A stretch of 62,071 bases of DNA, filler included, from an uncultured bacterium (lineage in GTDB: Bacteria; CAZSTA01), in assembly GCA_964609495.1 (NCBI GenBank). It is 6 parts of 6 records of this genome, joined end to end, with 100 filler letters (N's around TTAATTAATTAA, not from the genome) between each part and the next. Parts side by side here need not be neighbours in the genome. Positions count along the whole stretch, not along the records: positions 31,644 to 41,884 come from CAZSTA010000131.1; positions 41,985 to 52,039 come from CAZSTA010000134.1; 4 more parts are not named here. One strand, written 5' to 3'. The translations under genes were made by a program, and so were the position numbers. How positions within the stretch are numbered: the stretch's first letter is position 1; each line of letters starts with the position of its first letter. Positions 38,672 through 50,935 of the stretch are shown here, piece after piece. The notes under the pieces were generated by a model that saw nothing but the letters and a program-made list of their open reading frames with translations, was not told the DNA's origin and made no database searches.

Positions 38672-39532
38672 ATGGAAAGAGTTACAACTAGAAAAAAAAG
38701 GATAATTTGGAAGAGAATTTTAGGGAGGATTCTAGCTCACCTGATTTTGATCGGCCTAGGAGTGATATTTTTCTTCCCTTTCTATTGGTTAGCTAGCACG
38801 TCTATGAAACCCGATCCAGAGATATTTGTCCTCCCTCCCAAGTTGATACCCTCGAGGTGGCTGTGGTCTAACTATGTTAAGGCGGTAAATTTCTTTCCCT
38901 TCTTTCTCTATCTGAAAAATACTCTGATTGTTTCTGGAGCAAGTATGGTGGGAGCAGTATTTTGCTCGGCCGCGGTGGGCTACAGCTTTGCCCGGATAAG
39001 ATGGCCCGGACGGAATATCGTCTTCGGAATTATGCTTTCAACCTTGATGCTTCCCTTCCAAGTTAGAATGATTCCTCTATTTTTACTATTCAAGCGCATA
39101 GGCTGGATAGGGACATTTCTTCCCTTGACTGTTCCTGCTTATTTTGGGAATCCATTCTTTATCTTTCTCTTACGCCAGTTCTTCCTCAGTTTTCCATTTG
39201 AGCTATCGGACGCGGCGAAGATAGATGGTTGCTCTGAGTATGGTATCTTTTGGAGGATACTCCTTCCCCTCTCCAAACCAGCGTTAGCTACTGTAGCTTT
39301 ATTCCAATTTATCTTTAGCTGGCAGGATTTTATAGGACCTCTGATTTATCTGAGTGATACGAAGACGTATACCTTATCCCTAGGATTACAACAATTTCTA
39401 ACTGAACATGGTGCGGAATGGGCCTTATTAATGGCTGCCTCAACTTTGACTACGCTCCCGATAATCATCTTGTTCTTCTTTGCTCAGCGAACCTTTATTC
39501 AGGGAATAACCTTAACGGGGCTAAAGGGGTGA
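38672..39532 (+). CDS. Carbohydrate ABC transporter permease
   Basis: LSDAAKIDGCS EAA loop. Confidence 0.95.
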   Translation: MERVTTRKKRIIWKRILGRILAHLILIGLGVIFFFPFYWLASTSMKPDPEIFVLPPKLIPSRWLWSNYVKAVNFFPFFLYLKNTLIVSGASMVGAVFCSAAVGYSFARIRWPGRNIVFGIMLSTLMLPFQVRMIPLFLLFKRIGWIGTFLPLTVPAYFGNPFFIFLLRQFFLSFPFELSDAAKIDGCSEYGIFWRILLPLSKPALATVALFQFIFSWQDFIGPLIYLSDTKTYTLSLGLQQFLTEHGAEWALLMAASTLTTLPIIILFFFAQRTFIQGITLTGLKG

Positions 39533-39555
39533 TATAGTTTTTCTTTCCCAACCTG

Positions 39556-39680
39556 ATTTCCCCCTCACCCTACCCCTTTCCCACAAGGGGAGAGAGAACA
39601 TAATTGAGAGGAGTTAGGGGAAGGTGAGTTAGAAACCTAATCTGCTCTCGAACACTTCAGACAGAAAATTTTGAAACTAC
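39556..39680. repeat. Degenerate hairpin-core repeat
   Basis: CCCCTCACCCTACCCCTTTCCCACAAGGGGAGAGAG...TTAGGGGAAGGTGA. Confidence 0.7.
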
Positions 39681-39706
39681 CTGAAGTTGTCAAAGTCAGA
39701 TATAAA

Positions 39707-40648
39707 TTAGGTTTTTCTCTTGATAGCTATCTTCCTCTCCACTTCCTCTAGGATCGCTTGATGTAACTCTGGGGTAGAGGTAGCTATACAAGATCGGATA
39801 TTATCGAGCTTATTGTCCAGCAATGACATATCCTGCAAACTATTCCCATAAGCATCAGTTATTACTGCTCCAGCTTCGGAGATAAGAAGGGTAATCGCCG
39901 CTAGATCGTAGGGGAATAGGCCGAGGATGCTTCCTGCGCCAGAGCGACGAAAATATATCCCGGTTTCGGGGAAATCTCGTAGGAGTCGATTCCCAACATC
40001 GACATAGGCGTCAAGTTGCCCAGTGATAATTCTGGTTAGGGAGAAGCAAGAGCTACAGAAGGCGAACATCCCTCCTCGAACTGAACATAGATCCATCAAC
40101 TCCGTAAGAATCTCACAGACTAAGGCGCTTGGTCTCCCACAAAATTCCACACTCCAAGCCATATTCTCCAAGCTCTGTTTTTCGGATAGTCTGGGAGGAT
40201 TTACCTCACCATCCTCTATTATCTTCACCCCCTCTCCTACCGCTGTTATAAAGGTTCTATCCGCCTTTAGTTCGGTGATACAGGCATGTTTTACATCTCT
40301 AATACAAGGGGCTTCTTTATAATCAGCTAGAGCGACTGAGACAACGCAGGACTCTAATCCCGCCAAAGCTGATCTAGTGCCATCAATGGGATCTACTATA
40401 AGGATGCGTCTCGGATTTGGGACGAGCTCAACCAATCCTTTGTCCTCTGAGTAGAAGGCAAGGGGTAACTCGCGCTCTTTGACAAAATCTACTAGAGCCT
40501 GTTCCGCGACTTCGTCTATCTCAAAGGTGAGATCGCCACTGGCCGCAATCCCCTTAGTCCTTCTACTCTCAACTTTGCCTAGGAGAGGCCGAACCTTTTC
40601 CCTAATGGTTTGAGCTAATTCAAAGACTATATCCCTCTCATCCATCAT
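39707..40648 (-). CDS. Inositol monophosphatase/FBPase family protein
   Basis: SED, VDPIDGT, YDLAA..L..EAG motifs. Confidence 0.88.
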   Translation of the reverse strand: MMDERDIVFELAQTIREKVRPLLGKVESRRTKGIAASGDLTFEIDEVAEQALVDFVKERELPLAFYSEDKGLVELVPNPRRILIVDPIDGTRSALAGLESCVVSVALADYKEAPCIRDVKHACITELKADRTFITAVGEGVKIIEDGEVNPPRLSEKQSLENMAWSVEFCGRPSALVCEILTELMDLCSVRGGMFAFCSSCFSLTRIITGQLDAYVDVGNRLLRDFPETGIYFRRSGAGSILGLFPYDLAAITLLISEAGAVITDAYGNSLQDMSLLDNKLDNIRSCIATSTPELHQAILEEVERKIAIKRKT

Positions 40649-40836
40649 ACGCCTTTCTTGCTTCTAGATTCCTTGGCCAATAGGGATTTAATGATAATTA
40701 TATCCTCATCGGTATAATTATCTCCAGCTTTGGAGATCTTGAGTCTTCCTTTCCTCTTCAATTTCTCTATGAGCTTAGGATCAGCCCCAGTTATCTTAGC
40801 CACCTGGTTCACATCATATATCTCCATCTCCATCAC
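40645..40836 (-). CDS. Small MerR-type HTH protein
   Basis: YDVNQVAKITG...YTDEDI; overlaps the next gene (ATGA). Confidence 0.55.
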   Translation of the reverse strand: MMEMEIYDVNQVAKITGADPKLIEKLKRKGRLKISKAGDNYTDEDIIIIKSLLAKESRSKKGV

Positions 40837-40861
40837 TCACCCTATTTTCTAGGAACTTAAT

Positions 40862-41884
40862 TTATTTTAGGCTATTTATCACCTGGTCGATAGTTGTTCT
40901 TATCTTCTCGTAGTTATCGACAGGAGTAGAGATCACCAAGGCAATAACAGCGTTCCCCTTAGGCAGTGCATAGCCAAGTATATAGTAATTTTTCTTAATC
41001 TCTGGGGCCGCAGGAAGTCCCTGAGTTTGGACAACTGCTATCGCCCCTTGCGCCCCTTGAGGATAATTCTGAGGTTGGGTGATTATCTGAAAGCCTGGCA
41101 TCTGCATAGATTGTATCTCAGAGATACCTTCGTTGAGGTATTGAGTGACTCCTCCTGCAGGAAGAACATCGTAGGATATATATATTTCCGAGAGGGTGGA
41201 TTTATCTATGAAATATACTTCATCCTCTGTCTCCTCGGCCTTCTGCCATCCCGAGGGGATGTTGGCGCTGAAGTAGCCCTGCGGATTATTATAGGTAGTA
41301 AATCCTCCCGGAGGTTGAACAGGCTCAGTGGGAACGGTAACAGCTTCTCCAGTCAGCTTAAAGCTATTTATGATCTCCTTGAAGAGAGGCTCCTCCTCCG
41401 CATAGAGGGAAGCACTGGTCTCACAGACCACACTGAAGCCATAATTCCCCTTCACGGCATAGACCTCCAGAGTCTTAGTGGGATATTCCTTCCCATCTTG
41501 CCCCACAAAATCATAGGTATAGCTACGAATGAAGCCCTTCTCCCCACTGGAGAGAGTTATCGGGTCCATAGATAGTTCTTGGTAATTTTTATGCTTATTC
41601 CTCAGCCAGTTTCCTGTTCCCTCGACATACTGATCTAGGGCGACATTAGCTTGAAGTGCTTCCCTTAGGACAAGGAAATAGGTAACAGAGCCATCATCAG
41701 CACTAAAGACGATGTTCTCCTCAGGAGGAGAAGTATCCCAGCCCTTAGGATAGGAGATCGAGAAACCACTCTGGGGATCACTATGCACCTCAAGCTCGAA
41801 TTTAGCTCCGATCGTCGGTGGTTTTTTCCGCAATCCTTCCGAAACAACAGCAGGAGTTGTGAACTTGAAGCTCTCTATTACCCC
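40862..41884 (-). CDS. Multi-domain PsbP/DcrB-like protein, 5' truncated by the contig edge
   Basis: Two FSI.YP.GW...I.NSF/LK domains. The frame is open to the contig edge with the end of a third domain (VIESFKF). Confidence 0.7.
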   Translation of the reverse strand, partial: GVIESFKFTTPAVVSEGLRKKPPTIGAKFELEVHSDPQSGFSISYPKGWDTSPPEENIVFSADDGSVTYFLVLREALQANVALDQYVEGTGNWLRNKHKNYQELSMDPITLSSGEKGFIRSYTYDFVGQDGKEYPTKTLEVYAVKGNYGFSVVCETSASLYAEEEPLFKEIINSFKLTGEAVTVPTEPVQPPGGFTTYNNPQGYFSANIPSGWQKAEETEDEVYFIDKSTLSEIYISYDVLPAGGVTQYLNEGISEIQSMQMPGFQIITQPQNYPQGAQGAIAVVQTQGLPAAPEIKKNYYILGYALPKGNAVIALVISTPVDNYEKIRTTIDQVINSLK

Positions 41885-41984
41885 NNNNNNNNNNNNNNNN
41901 NNNNNNNNNNNNNNNNNNNNNNNNNNNNTTAATTAATTAANNNNNNNNNNNNNNNNNNNNNNNNNNNNNNNNNNNNNNNNNNNN
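41885..41984. other. Artificial contig linker
   Basis: N-run with TTAATTAATTAA. Confidence 0.99.
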
Positions 41985-42071
41985 AGAGAAGTTATTGAAA
42001 GCCCTTATTATGCATCTAAAAGGGGGTATCCCACTAGATCTCACAATCTTAAGAGGCAACAAAGGAAGTGA
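41985..42071 (+). pseudogene. HEPN-domain remnant, frameshifted and truncated
   Basis: EKLLKALIMHLK in one frame, then YPTRSHNL in a shifted frame across AAAAGGGGG, followed by a premature TGA. Confidence 0.55.
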
Positions 42072-42075
42072 GGGA

Positions 42076-42429
42076 ATGGTTAAAGGGAAAATTAACCTAG
42101 ATGAGATCATACTAGATTATGTCGATAAACTCAGCAATAGGATAAAGGTAGATAAGGTAATACTTTTTGGCTCCAGAGCTAGAGGGGAGGCTTTAAACGA
42201 TAGCGATGTTGACCTGATAATAATATCAGATGACTTTAAGGATATGGATTTTATTAGGAGGTTGGAGTTTCTGTCCTTGAACTGGAGGTATCCACATTTA
42301 GCCGCCGATTGTTTGGGATATACTCCCCAAGAGTATGAGGAGTTATCCAAGCGATTGGGTATTATAGCCGAGGTAAGGCAATATGGTAAAGTGATCTATG
42401 ATCGCTTGAACCATCATAATAATCAGTAG
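42076..42429 (+). CDS. Minimal nucleotidyltransferase (MNT antitoxin-like)
   Basis: ILFGSRARG...SDVDLIIIS motif. Confidence 0.9.
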   Translation: MVKGKINLDEIILDYVDKLSNRIKVDKVILFGSRARGEALNDSDVDLIIISDDFKDMDFIRRLEFLSLNWRYPHLAADCLGYTPQEYEELSKRLGIIAEVRQYGKVIYDRLNHHNNQ

Positions 42430-42445
42430 TTGTTAAATCAGCCTA

Positions 42446-42496
42446 AAAAGGAAACTTTTTAACCTTATATATCTCGGGAAGCAAAAGTTTCCTTTT
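42446..42496. repeat. Family B palindrome
   Basis: AAAAGGAAACTTTT-TAACCTTATATATCTCGGGAAGC-AAAAGTTTCCTTTT. Confidence 0.85.
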
Positions 42497-42512
42497 AAGA
42501 GGGGGAAAGATA

Positions 42513-43472
42513 ATGTCTGACGAGAAGTTGAAGGTCTTGGTTTCACTCGATCTCGACGATAAATATATCGAGCAGATCAAAAACACCATTCCTAATGTGG
42601 AGGTATCCAAGAGTGACGATGAGGGAAAGCTTCCGGCCCTCTTCGAGGAAGCAGATATAGCTTTTGTTGGAAGATTAAAACCGTCCCTATTCGCTAGAGC
42701 CTCTAAGCTCAAATGGATTCACAATGCTAGTGCCGGGGTAGAGGGATTGCTCTTCCCAGAGGTGGTGGAAAGCGGCGTTATGATCACCAATTCCAGCGGA
42801 GTCCATCCTATAAACATCTGCGAGCATACTCTAGCGATGATGCTATCCTTCGTTCGAAAACTTCATCTTTGTATCAGATATCAACTCAAACGTGAGTGGC
42901 ATAGAGGCTTCGAAGTCGATGAGATATCCGGTAGAACTGTCGGAGTAGTAGGACTGGGAAGCATCGGAGAGGAGATCGCTCGGAAATGTAAGGCTTTAGG
43001 GATGAGAGTTATTGCTACCAGGAGGAGATCAACGCTCAAGCCCGATTATGTAGATGAGCTATATCTTCCCGAGGGATTACCAAAGCTACTGTCTGAATCC
43101 GACTTTGTAGTGCTCGCTGTTCCCTTTACGAAGGAGAACGAAGGACTGATCGGCGAGAAGGAATTGAAGGTGATGAAGAAGAGCGCCTATATAATCAACA
43201 TCGGCAGAGGGAAGGTCATCCAACAGGATGTCTTGATAAGAGCTTTGCAGGAGGGATGGATAGCTGGGGCTGGTCTCGATGTGTTTGAGGAAGAGCCATT
43301 GCCTAGCGATTCTCCTTTGTGGGAGATGGAGAATGTTATAATAACCCCCCATATCGCAGGTCTTACCCCCTACTATATGGATCGGGCAGTGGGGATCTTC
43401 TGCGATAATTTGAAACGCTTTGTCAGAGGAGAGAATCTCTACAACCTGGTGGATAAGCACGTTGGTTATTGA
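42513..43472 (+). CDS. D-2-hydroxyacid dehydrogenase
   Basis: GLGSIG, NIGRG, DVFEEEPL, TPHIAG. Confidence 0.95.
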   Translation: MSDEKLKVLVSLDLDDKYIEQIKNTIPNVEVSKSDDEGKLPALFEEADIAFVGRLKPSLFARASKLKWIHNASAGVEGLLFPEVVESGVMITNSSGVHPINICEHTLAMMLSFVRKLHLCIRYQLKREWHRGFEVDEISGRTVGVVGLGSIGEEIARKCKALGMRVIATRRRSTLKPDYVDELYLPEGLPKLLSESDFVVLAVPFTKENEGLIGEKELKVMKKSAYIINIGRGKVIQQDVLIRALQEGWIAGAGLDVFEEEPLPSDSPLWEMENVIITPHIAGLTPYYMDRAVGIFCDNLKRFVRGENLYNLVDKHVGY

Positions 43473-43548
43473 TTTTTTCCTGTAATAGTAAGCAAGGGCG
43501 GTGGAGTGAATGATCCACCGCCGCTCTTATATACTGTTATTCTTAATT

Positions 43549-45481
<1,933 letters not shown>

Positions 45482-45506
45482 CGAAATCCCTCCTTATCCT
45501 CGAATG

Positions 45507-45887
45507 CTAACTTTGATATTTCCAGGTTTGGAATATCTCCTTAACCAGCTTCCTCAGGTTATATATATCAAATGGCTTAATCATAAACGAGTAAGCTCCG
45601 GCATCCAGAATCTCAAGTAGTATCTCCTTAGATGGTTGACCAGTTATCATAACCACTGGCAGATCACGTCTGATTACCTTGATCTCCTTCAGGGTTTCAA
45701 TGCCACTCTTTCGAGGTACATTAATATCGAGTATAGCCAAATCGACGTTCTCATGCCGAACTATCTTAATAGCTATCATGCCATCCTCGGCTAACCGAGT
45801 ATTATATCCATCTCTTCTCATTAATCGGCCTAGCGATATTCTGGTTGGCTTATCATCTTCTGTGATTAAGACTGTTCGCCTCTCCAT
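45507..45887 (-). CDS. Single-domain response regulator
   Basis: EDD, LDI..P, TG, KPF motifs. Confidence 0.9.
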   Translation of the reverse strand: MERRTVLITEDDKPTRISLGRLMRRDGYNTRLAEDGMIAIKIVRHENVDLAILDINVPRKSGIETLKEIKVIRRDLPVVMITGQPSKEILLEILDAGAYSFMIKPFDIYNLRKLVKEIFQTWKYQS

Positions 45888-45953
45888 TTCTATCCCCTAT
45901 TAACCGGTGGATTTTATATTTACTATGAGGGAAGTTAGTCATCTATAAATACC

Positions 45954-45969
45954 AGCAAATTATATACCA
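45954..45969 (-). promoter_or_regulatory. Candidate sigma54 (-24/-12) promoter
   Basis: TGGTATA-TAAT-TTGCT matches the TGGYAYR-N4-TTGCW spacing, ~65 nt upstream of the RR start. Confidence 0.6.
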
Positions 45970-46039
45970 ATTGAGGCAAAAATTGGCTATAAAGATGAAA
46001 TAAACATCTCTTCCGAATTCATATCCTCTACATGAAAAA

Positions 46040-46197
46040 TAATTTCATTTTCTTAGTTTTTCGCTAGTGAGTTCGAGATGCAATTCCCCCTCACCCTATC
46101 CTTCTCCTACCAGGGGAGGGTGATTTAAGGTGAGTTCAAAACCCGATCTGATCTCGAATATCTCAGACCAAACAACCAGAAACTTTTTTGGAACTAC
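46040..46197. repeat. Internally deleted hairpin-core element
   Basis: TTCTTAGTTTTTCGCTAGTGAGTTC...CCCCTCACCCTATCC...GGGGAGGGTGATTTAAGG...GATCTGATCTC, shared with the 1554 and 37483 copies. Confidence 0.75.
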
Positions 46198-46568
46198 TCA
46201 AATCATAGCTATACTGTCATTTTGACATATAAGTAATCTCTGTATTACTGGATGCGTCATATTGACCACTTGACATCTATTTTCGGATATGTTATATTTT
46301 CTGAAGATGCTAAACTGAAAACTCAGTTTCCAAACGGATTTTTGGGTAGAGGGTATGTGTGATACAAACCCCACCAAAACCCGTATTAATAGTGGATTTT
46401 TGAAAAATCTGTCTTAGCTATAGGAATTATAGCTCTATTATGGTATAATATATAAGATAATAACCTTAGCTGATTACCCTTTTGTATAAAATCACTTATC
46501 CTATTATTTGGATACTTGTTTCCTCCAGAGGAGTAGATCGAGATCCGAAATTGAAAGGAGAACCGATA

Positions 46569-47762
46569 ATGTCAGATACTTTAGCGATAGAAGGAGGAGA
46601 TCCAGTTCGAGAAGATTTTCTCCTTTGGCATCGTCCCTTCTTTGGAGAAGAGGAGGAGAAGGAGATAATAGACACCCTTCGCTCAGGATGGATCACAACC
46701 GGACCAAAGACGGTTAAATTTGAGGAGGCCTTCAAAAAATATATAGGCAGTAAATATGCCATAGGAGTGAATTCTTGCACTGCTGGTCTGCACCTATCCC
46801 TAGTCGCTTTGGGAATAGGGGAGGGTGATGAGGTTATAACAACTCCTATGACCTTCGCCGCCTCCGCTAATGTTGTGATCCACCAGAGAGCGAAACCGAT
46901 CTTTGTCGATATAGAGAGGGATACGTTGAATATAGATCCAAATCTCATAGAGGAGAAGATAACCCCCAGGACTAAAGCTATCTTGATCGTTCATTTTGGA
47001 GGGCATCCCTGCGCTATGGATGAGATCATGGCTATCGCTCGTAAATACAACTTAGCGGTGATCGAGGATGCCGCCCATGCTCTGGAGGCGGAATATAAGG
47101 GGCAGAAGATCGGAGCTATCGGAGATGCTGGCGCTTTCAGCTTCTATGCGAATAAGAATATAACCACCGCTGAGGGAGGAATGGTCACTACCTCTAATAG
47201 TGAACTAGCCGATAAGATCACCATTCTCAGATTGCATGGCCTCAGCAGGGATGCTTGGAAACGGTTTTCAGCTAAAGGATCTACTCGCTACGAAGTCGTC
47301 CTTCCCGGTTATAAGTATAACCTGACCGATCTTCAATCCTCGTTAGGGTTACATCAGCTAGCTAAAGTAGATCAATTTTATGAGCTTCGGTGCAAATATG
47401 CTAAGATATATGATGAGGCTTTAAAGGATGTAGAGGAGATAACCCTCTTCAAGCCAAGAGAAGGAGTTAAGCATGCCTATCATCTCTATATCGTATCTCT
47501 CAATCTCGATCAGCTAAGGGTCACCAGGGATGAATTCACCGAAGCATTGAAGGCGGAGAATATAGGCACTACCTTCCATTTTCCGCTCCATTTACATCCG
47601 TATTATCAAGAGACTTATGGCTTCAAACGAGGGGATTTCCCTGTCGCCGAATGGGCTGGAGATAGTATTTTTTATCTTCCTCTCTATCCTAAGATGACCG
47701 AGAAGGATCAGGAAGATGTTATAACTGCGGTAAAGAAATTATATCGAGCATACTCACGCTGA
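46569..47762 (+). CDS. DegT/DnrJ/EryC1/StrS PLP aminotransferase
   Basis: NSCTAGL, EDAAHA, FSFYANKNITTAEGG. Confidence 0.95.
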   Translation: MSDTLAIEGGDPVREDFLLWHRPFFGEEEEKEIIDTLRSGWITTGPKTVKFEEAFKKYIGSKYAIGVNSCTAGLHLSLVALGIGEGDEVITTPMTFAASANVVIHQRAKPIFVDIERDTLNIDPNLIEEKITPRTKAILIVHFGGHPCAMDEIMAIARKYNLAVIEDAAHALEAEYKGQKIGAIGDAGAFSFYANKNITTAEGGMVTTSNSELADKITILRLHGLSRDAWKRFSAKGSTRYEVVLPGYKYNLTDLQSSLGLHQLAKVDQFYELRCKYAKIYDEALKDVEEITLFKPREGVKHAYHLYIVSLNLDQLRVTRDEFTEALKAENIGTTFHFPLHLHPYYQETYGFKRGDFPVAEWAGDSIFYLPLYPKMTEKDQEDVITAVKKLYRAYSR

Positions 47763-47849
47763 ATGGAAGATAGAGGGTAGAAGATGAAAATTGATATCGG
47801 TAGTTGTGTTTATTCCCCGATCATCTCAAATAATAAGGAAGGAGGTATT

Positions 47850-49067
47850 ATGGGCAAATTAGCGATTAACGGAGGAAAAGCTCACCGGCAAAAACCCTTT
47901 CCCGACTGGCCAGTGCATGGAGAGAGGGAAAGAGAATTATTGCTAGAGGTATTAGAGAGCGGCAAGTGGTGGTTTGGCGATAAAGTCCACGAGTTCGAAG
48001 CTAAATTCGCCGAATATCACCAGGCGCGATATGGGATCACCACCTCCAACGGGACTGCTAGCTTGCAAATATCACTTCAGGCTTTAGAGGTCGCAGATGA
48101 TGAAGTTATAATTCCTGCCTACACCTTCATCGCTACTGCTACCTGCATTATGCAACTTGGGGCAGTTCCAGTCTTTATCGATATCGATCCCGAAACCTAC
48201 TGTATGGACCCCGCCCGTATCGAGGAAGCGATCACCGATAGGACTAAGGTTATTATGCCTGTTCACTTTGGAGGTCGTCCCACGGATATGGATGGAGTGC
48301 TGAAGGTCGCCAATCTGCATAATTTGAGAGTGGTGGAGGATGCTGCTCAAGCTCATAGCGCTGAATGGAATGAGCATAAGGTGGGAGCTATCGGCGATTG
48401 TGGAGGCTTCAGCTTCCAGATGAGCAAGAATATAACTGCTGGAGAAGGAGGTATAATATTAACTAACGATGAGAAGCTAGCGGATCTTTGTTGGTCTTAC
48501 TCCAACTGTGGGAGAAGCAAGAAGAGCGGGGATTATGGACATCATCTAGCGGCTGGAAATTATCGGATGACAGAGTTTCAAGCGGCTATCCTCCTTGCTC
48601 AACTGGAGAGGCTTGAGGAACAGTCGCAAACAAGACATAGGAACGCCGAATTCTTAACTGACGAATTATCAAGGATAGAGGGAATCAGAACTTTGAAACA
48701 GGATCCGCGTATAACCCGAAATACAGTCCACATCTATATCTTCACCTATGATAAGAAAGGCTTTGGCGATCTACCTAGAGAGAAGTTCTTAGAAGCCCTA
48801 AGAGCAGAAGGCATCCCCTGTAGCCCCGGCTATGATCGTCCGATATATGGACATCCTTTATTCCATCAAGGGGAAAATGAAGCTCTCCCTGGTCATCATG
48901 GGAGGAGAGTTAAATATAGAAAGATGGATTGTCCCTCTGTGGAAAGGTTATGTCAAGAGGCGGTCTGGTTCAAGCAGAGTATGTTCTTAGGAACTGAAGA
49001 GGATATGAACGATATAGTTGAGGCGATCAAGAAGATTCAGAAATATTCTGGAGAAATATCAAGTTAG
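47850..49067 (+). CDS. DegT/DnrJ/EryC1/StrS PLP aminotransferase (second paralog)
   Basis: NGTASL, EDAAQAH, FSFQMSKNITAGEGG, NYRMTEFQAA. Confidence 0.95.
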   Translation: MGKLAINGGKAHRQKPFPDWPVHGERERELLLEVLESGKWWFGDKVHEFEAKFAEYHQARYGITTSNGTASLQISLQALEVADDEVIIPAYTFIATATCIMQLGAVPVFIDIDPETYCMDPARIEEAITDRTKVIMPVHFGGRPTDMDGVLKVANLHNLRVVEDAAQAHSAEWNEHKVGAIGDCGGFSFQMSKNITAGEGGIILTNDEKLADLCWSYSNCGRSKKSGDYGHHLAAGNYRMTEFQAAILLAQLERLEEQSQTRHRNAEFLTDELSRIEGIRTLKQDPRITRNTVHIYIFTYDKKGFGDLPREKFLEALRAEGIPCSPGYDRPIYGHPLFHQGENEALPGHHGRRVKYRKMDCPSVERLCQEAVWFKQSMFLGTEEDMNDIVEAIKKIQKYSGEISS

Positions 49068-49082
49068 GAGGATAAAATAGGA

Positions 49083-49961
49083 ATGGCATTAGGAAATCCT
49101 TTCAACATTTCTGGAGATTGGTATAAAGGAAATCTCCATGTCCATACTACCAATTCGGATGGACTGATATCCGCTGAGGAAGTAGTAAAACGCTATCGTG
49201 ATAATGGATATAGCTTCTTAGCGATAACAGATCACAATCTGATTACTGATGCAAGTGAGTATTCATCTCAGGATTTTTTGCTTATTAGGGGGACCGAATT
49301 AGATGTAGATCGGACTGAGTTAGGGGACACCTTTCACCTCATAGGATTTGATATGAGGGATGGTGTCGAATTACCTAAAAGCCTCGATGTTCAACAAACT
49401 ATCGATTTTCTTATCAAAGGAGGAGGAAAGGTTTTTGTTGCCCATCCTTATTGGTCTGGGTTGACTGCTAAGGATATGATCTCTCTGGAAGGATATCTAG
49501 GAGTGGAAGTATTTAACACTGGGTGCCAGTTAGAGATCGCTAAAGGTATATCCTCTGTTCATTGGGACGACCTTCTAGCCAGGGGGAAGAGGCTTTGGGG
49601 CTTCGCAGTTGATGACGCTCATTGGCGCACCGATGATGGTTTTAAAGGTTGGATTATGGTGAAAGCAGTTGAGCTTACGAAGCCTGCGATCGTAGATGCT
49701 ATAGAGAAGGGATATTTCTATTCAAGTTGTGGTCCTTGGATCTACAACATCGAGCTGGATGATCGTCATATCTCAGTAAAGTGTTCTGCGGTCAAGAAGA
49801 TAAACTTCGTGTGCAATACTCATCGAGGTAAGAGCTTCCAAGCTAAGGATGAAATCCTAACCTTCGCCGAGCATACTTTGAAGGGCGATGAGAAATACGT
49901 TAGGATCGAATGTATAGATGGTGAGGGGAACATAGCTTGGAGTAACCCTTTGTTTCTTTAG
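49083..49961 (+). CDS. PHP-fold metallohydrolase (CehA/McbA-like)
   Basis: GNLHVHTTNSDG, ITDHN, AHP, DDAH, AWSNP. Confidence 0.88.
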   Translation: MALGNPFNISGDWYKGNLHVHTTNSDGLISAEEVVKRYRDNGYSFLAITDHNLITDASEYSSQDFLLIRGTELDVDRTELGDTFHLIGFDMRDGVELPKSLDVQQTIDFLIKGGGKVFVAHPYWSGLTAKDMISLEGYLGVEVFNTGCQLEIAKGISSVHWDDLLARGKRLWGFAVDDAHWRTDDGFKGWIMVKAVELTKPAIVDAIEKGYFYSSCGPWIYNIELDDRHISVKCSAVKKINFVCNTHRGKSFQAKDEILTFAEHTLKGDEKYVRIECIDGEGNIAWSNPLFL

Positions 49962-50073
49962 ATGGCGAGTGGAGTGATTTAATTCTTTGAAAATAAGTCT
50001 TGCGAATTATGGCTATATATAGTATAATCTAAGCTGATGTTTTAATTTTGTCTTTAAGAAAGGAGAGAAAAGG

Positions 50074-50871
50074 GTGAAACTATCTGCCCAAGAAAATCTA
50101 ATTCCGGGTGATACCGTAGCAGAAAAATTCGCTAATGCTGAGAAGTATGGTTTAGAGGGGATCGAATTTTGGGGGAACAGGCTTACTGATGAGAAGATGG
50201 TGGAGATAAAGAAGGTTGCCGCTTCCAGTAAGGTTAAGGTTAGCACTGTCTGTTCTGGACAGAGGGGGTGTCTTCTCGGTACCCAGAAGTCGGAGAGGGA
50301 TCTGGCTATGTCCGATATTATGAGGTTCTTAGAGATAACGGCAGATCTCGGAGCAGTGGGGCTGGTAATGGTTCCTATCTTCGGTCCACCTCGGATCAAT
50401 GATCTTTCTCCCCTCACCACTGCGGTTGAGTTGGAGAAGAAGCTATTAATCGAGTTGGGCAAGGAGATAGGGAAGAAAGCCGAAGAGGTGAATATGACTC
50501 TATTAATCGAGCCTCTGAATAGGTATGAGACGCATCTCTTGAAAACCCTGAATGATGCAGTTGAAATCTGCAAGGCGGTGGATAATGATCATATCAAGAT
50601 TATGGCTGATTTCTTCCATATGAGCATAGAGGAGAGGAATATCCCCGCTAGCATTGAGAAAGCTGGTCCTTACATCTATCATGTTCACCTAGCGGAGTCC
50701 ACTAGACTCTTCCCTGGCAAGGAGTATGGTCATACCGACTTCAAATCTGGATTCTCCGCCTTGAAGAAGATAGGCTACGATAAGTATATGGCCTTAGAGT
50801 GCTCATCGCCTGGGCCACTAGAGGAGGAGCTACCTAAGACCATAAGCTATCTGAAAGAGTGTATGAAGTAG
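50074..50871 (+). CDS. Sugar phosphate isomerase/epimerase (xylose isomerase-like TIM barrel)
   Basis: EPLNRYE, DFFHM, HVHLA, ALEC. Confidence 0.92.
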   Translation: MKLSAQENLIPGDTVAEKFANAEKYGLEGIEFWGNRLTDEKMVEIKKVAASSKVKVSTVCSGQRGCLLGTQKSERDLAMSDIMRFLEITADLGAVGLVMVPIFGPPRINDLSPLTTAVELEKKLLIELGKEIGKKAEEVNMTLLIEPLNRYETHLLKTLNDAVEICKAVDNDHIKIMADFFHMSIEERNIPASIEKAGPYIYHVHLAESTRLFPGKEYGHTDFKSGFSALKKIGYDKYMALECSSPGPLEEELPKTISYLKECMK

Positions 50872-50899
50872 TTTTTGAGAGCGGTGAGGCGATCATGTG

Positions 50900-50935
50900 A
50901 CTAGGAGAGAATATAATTCTCTCCTAGTTTGTTTA
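50900..50935 (+). terminator. Rho-independent terminator
   Basis: ACTAGGAGAGAAT-ATA-ATTCTCTCCTAGT followed by TTGTTT. Confidence 0.75.
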
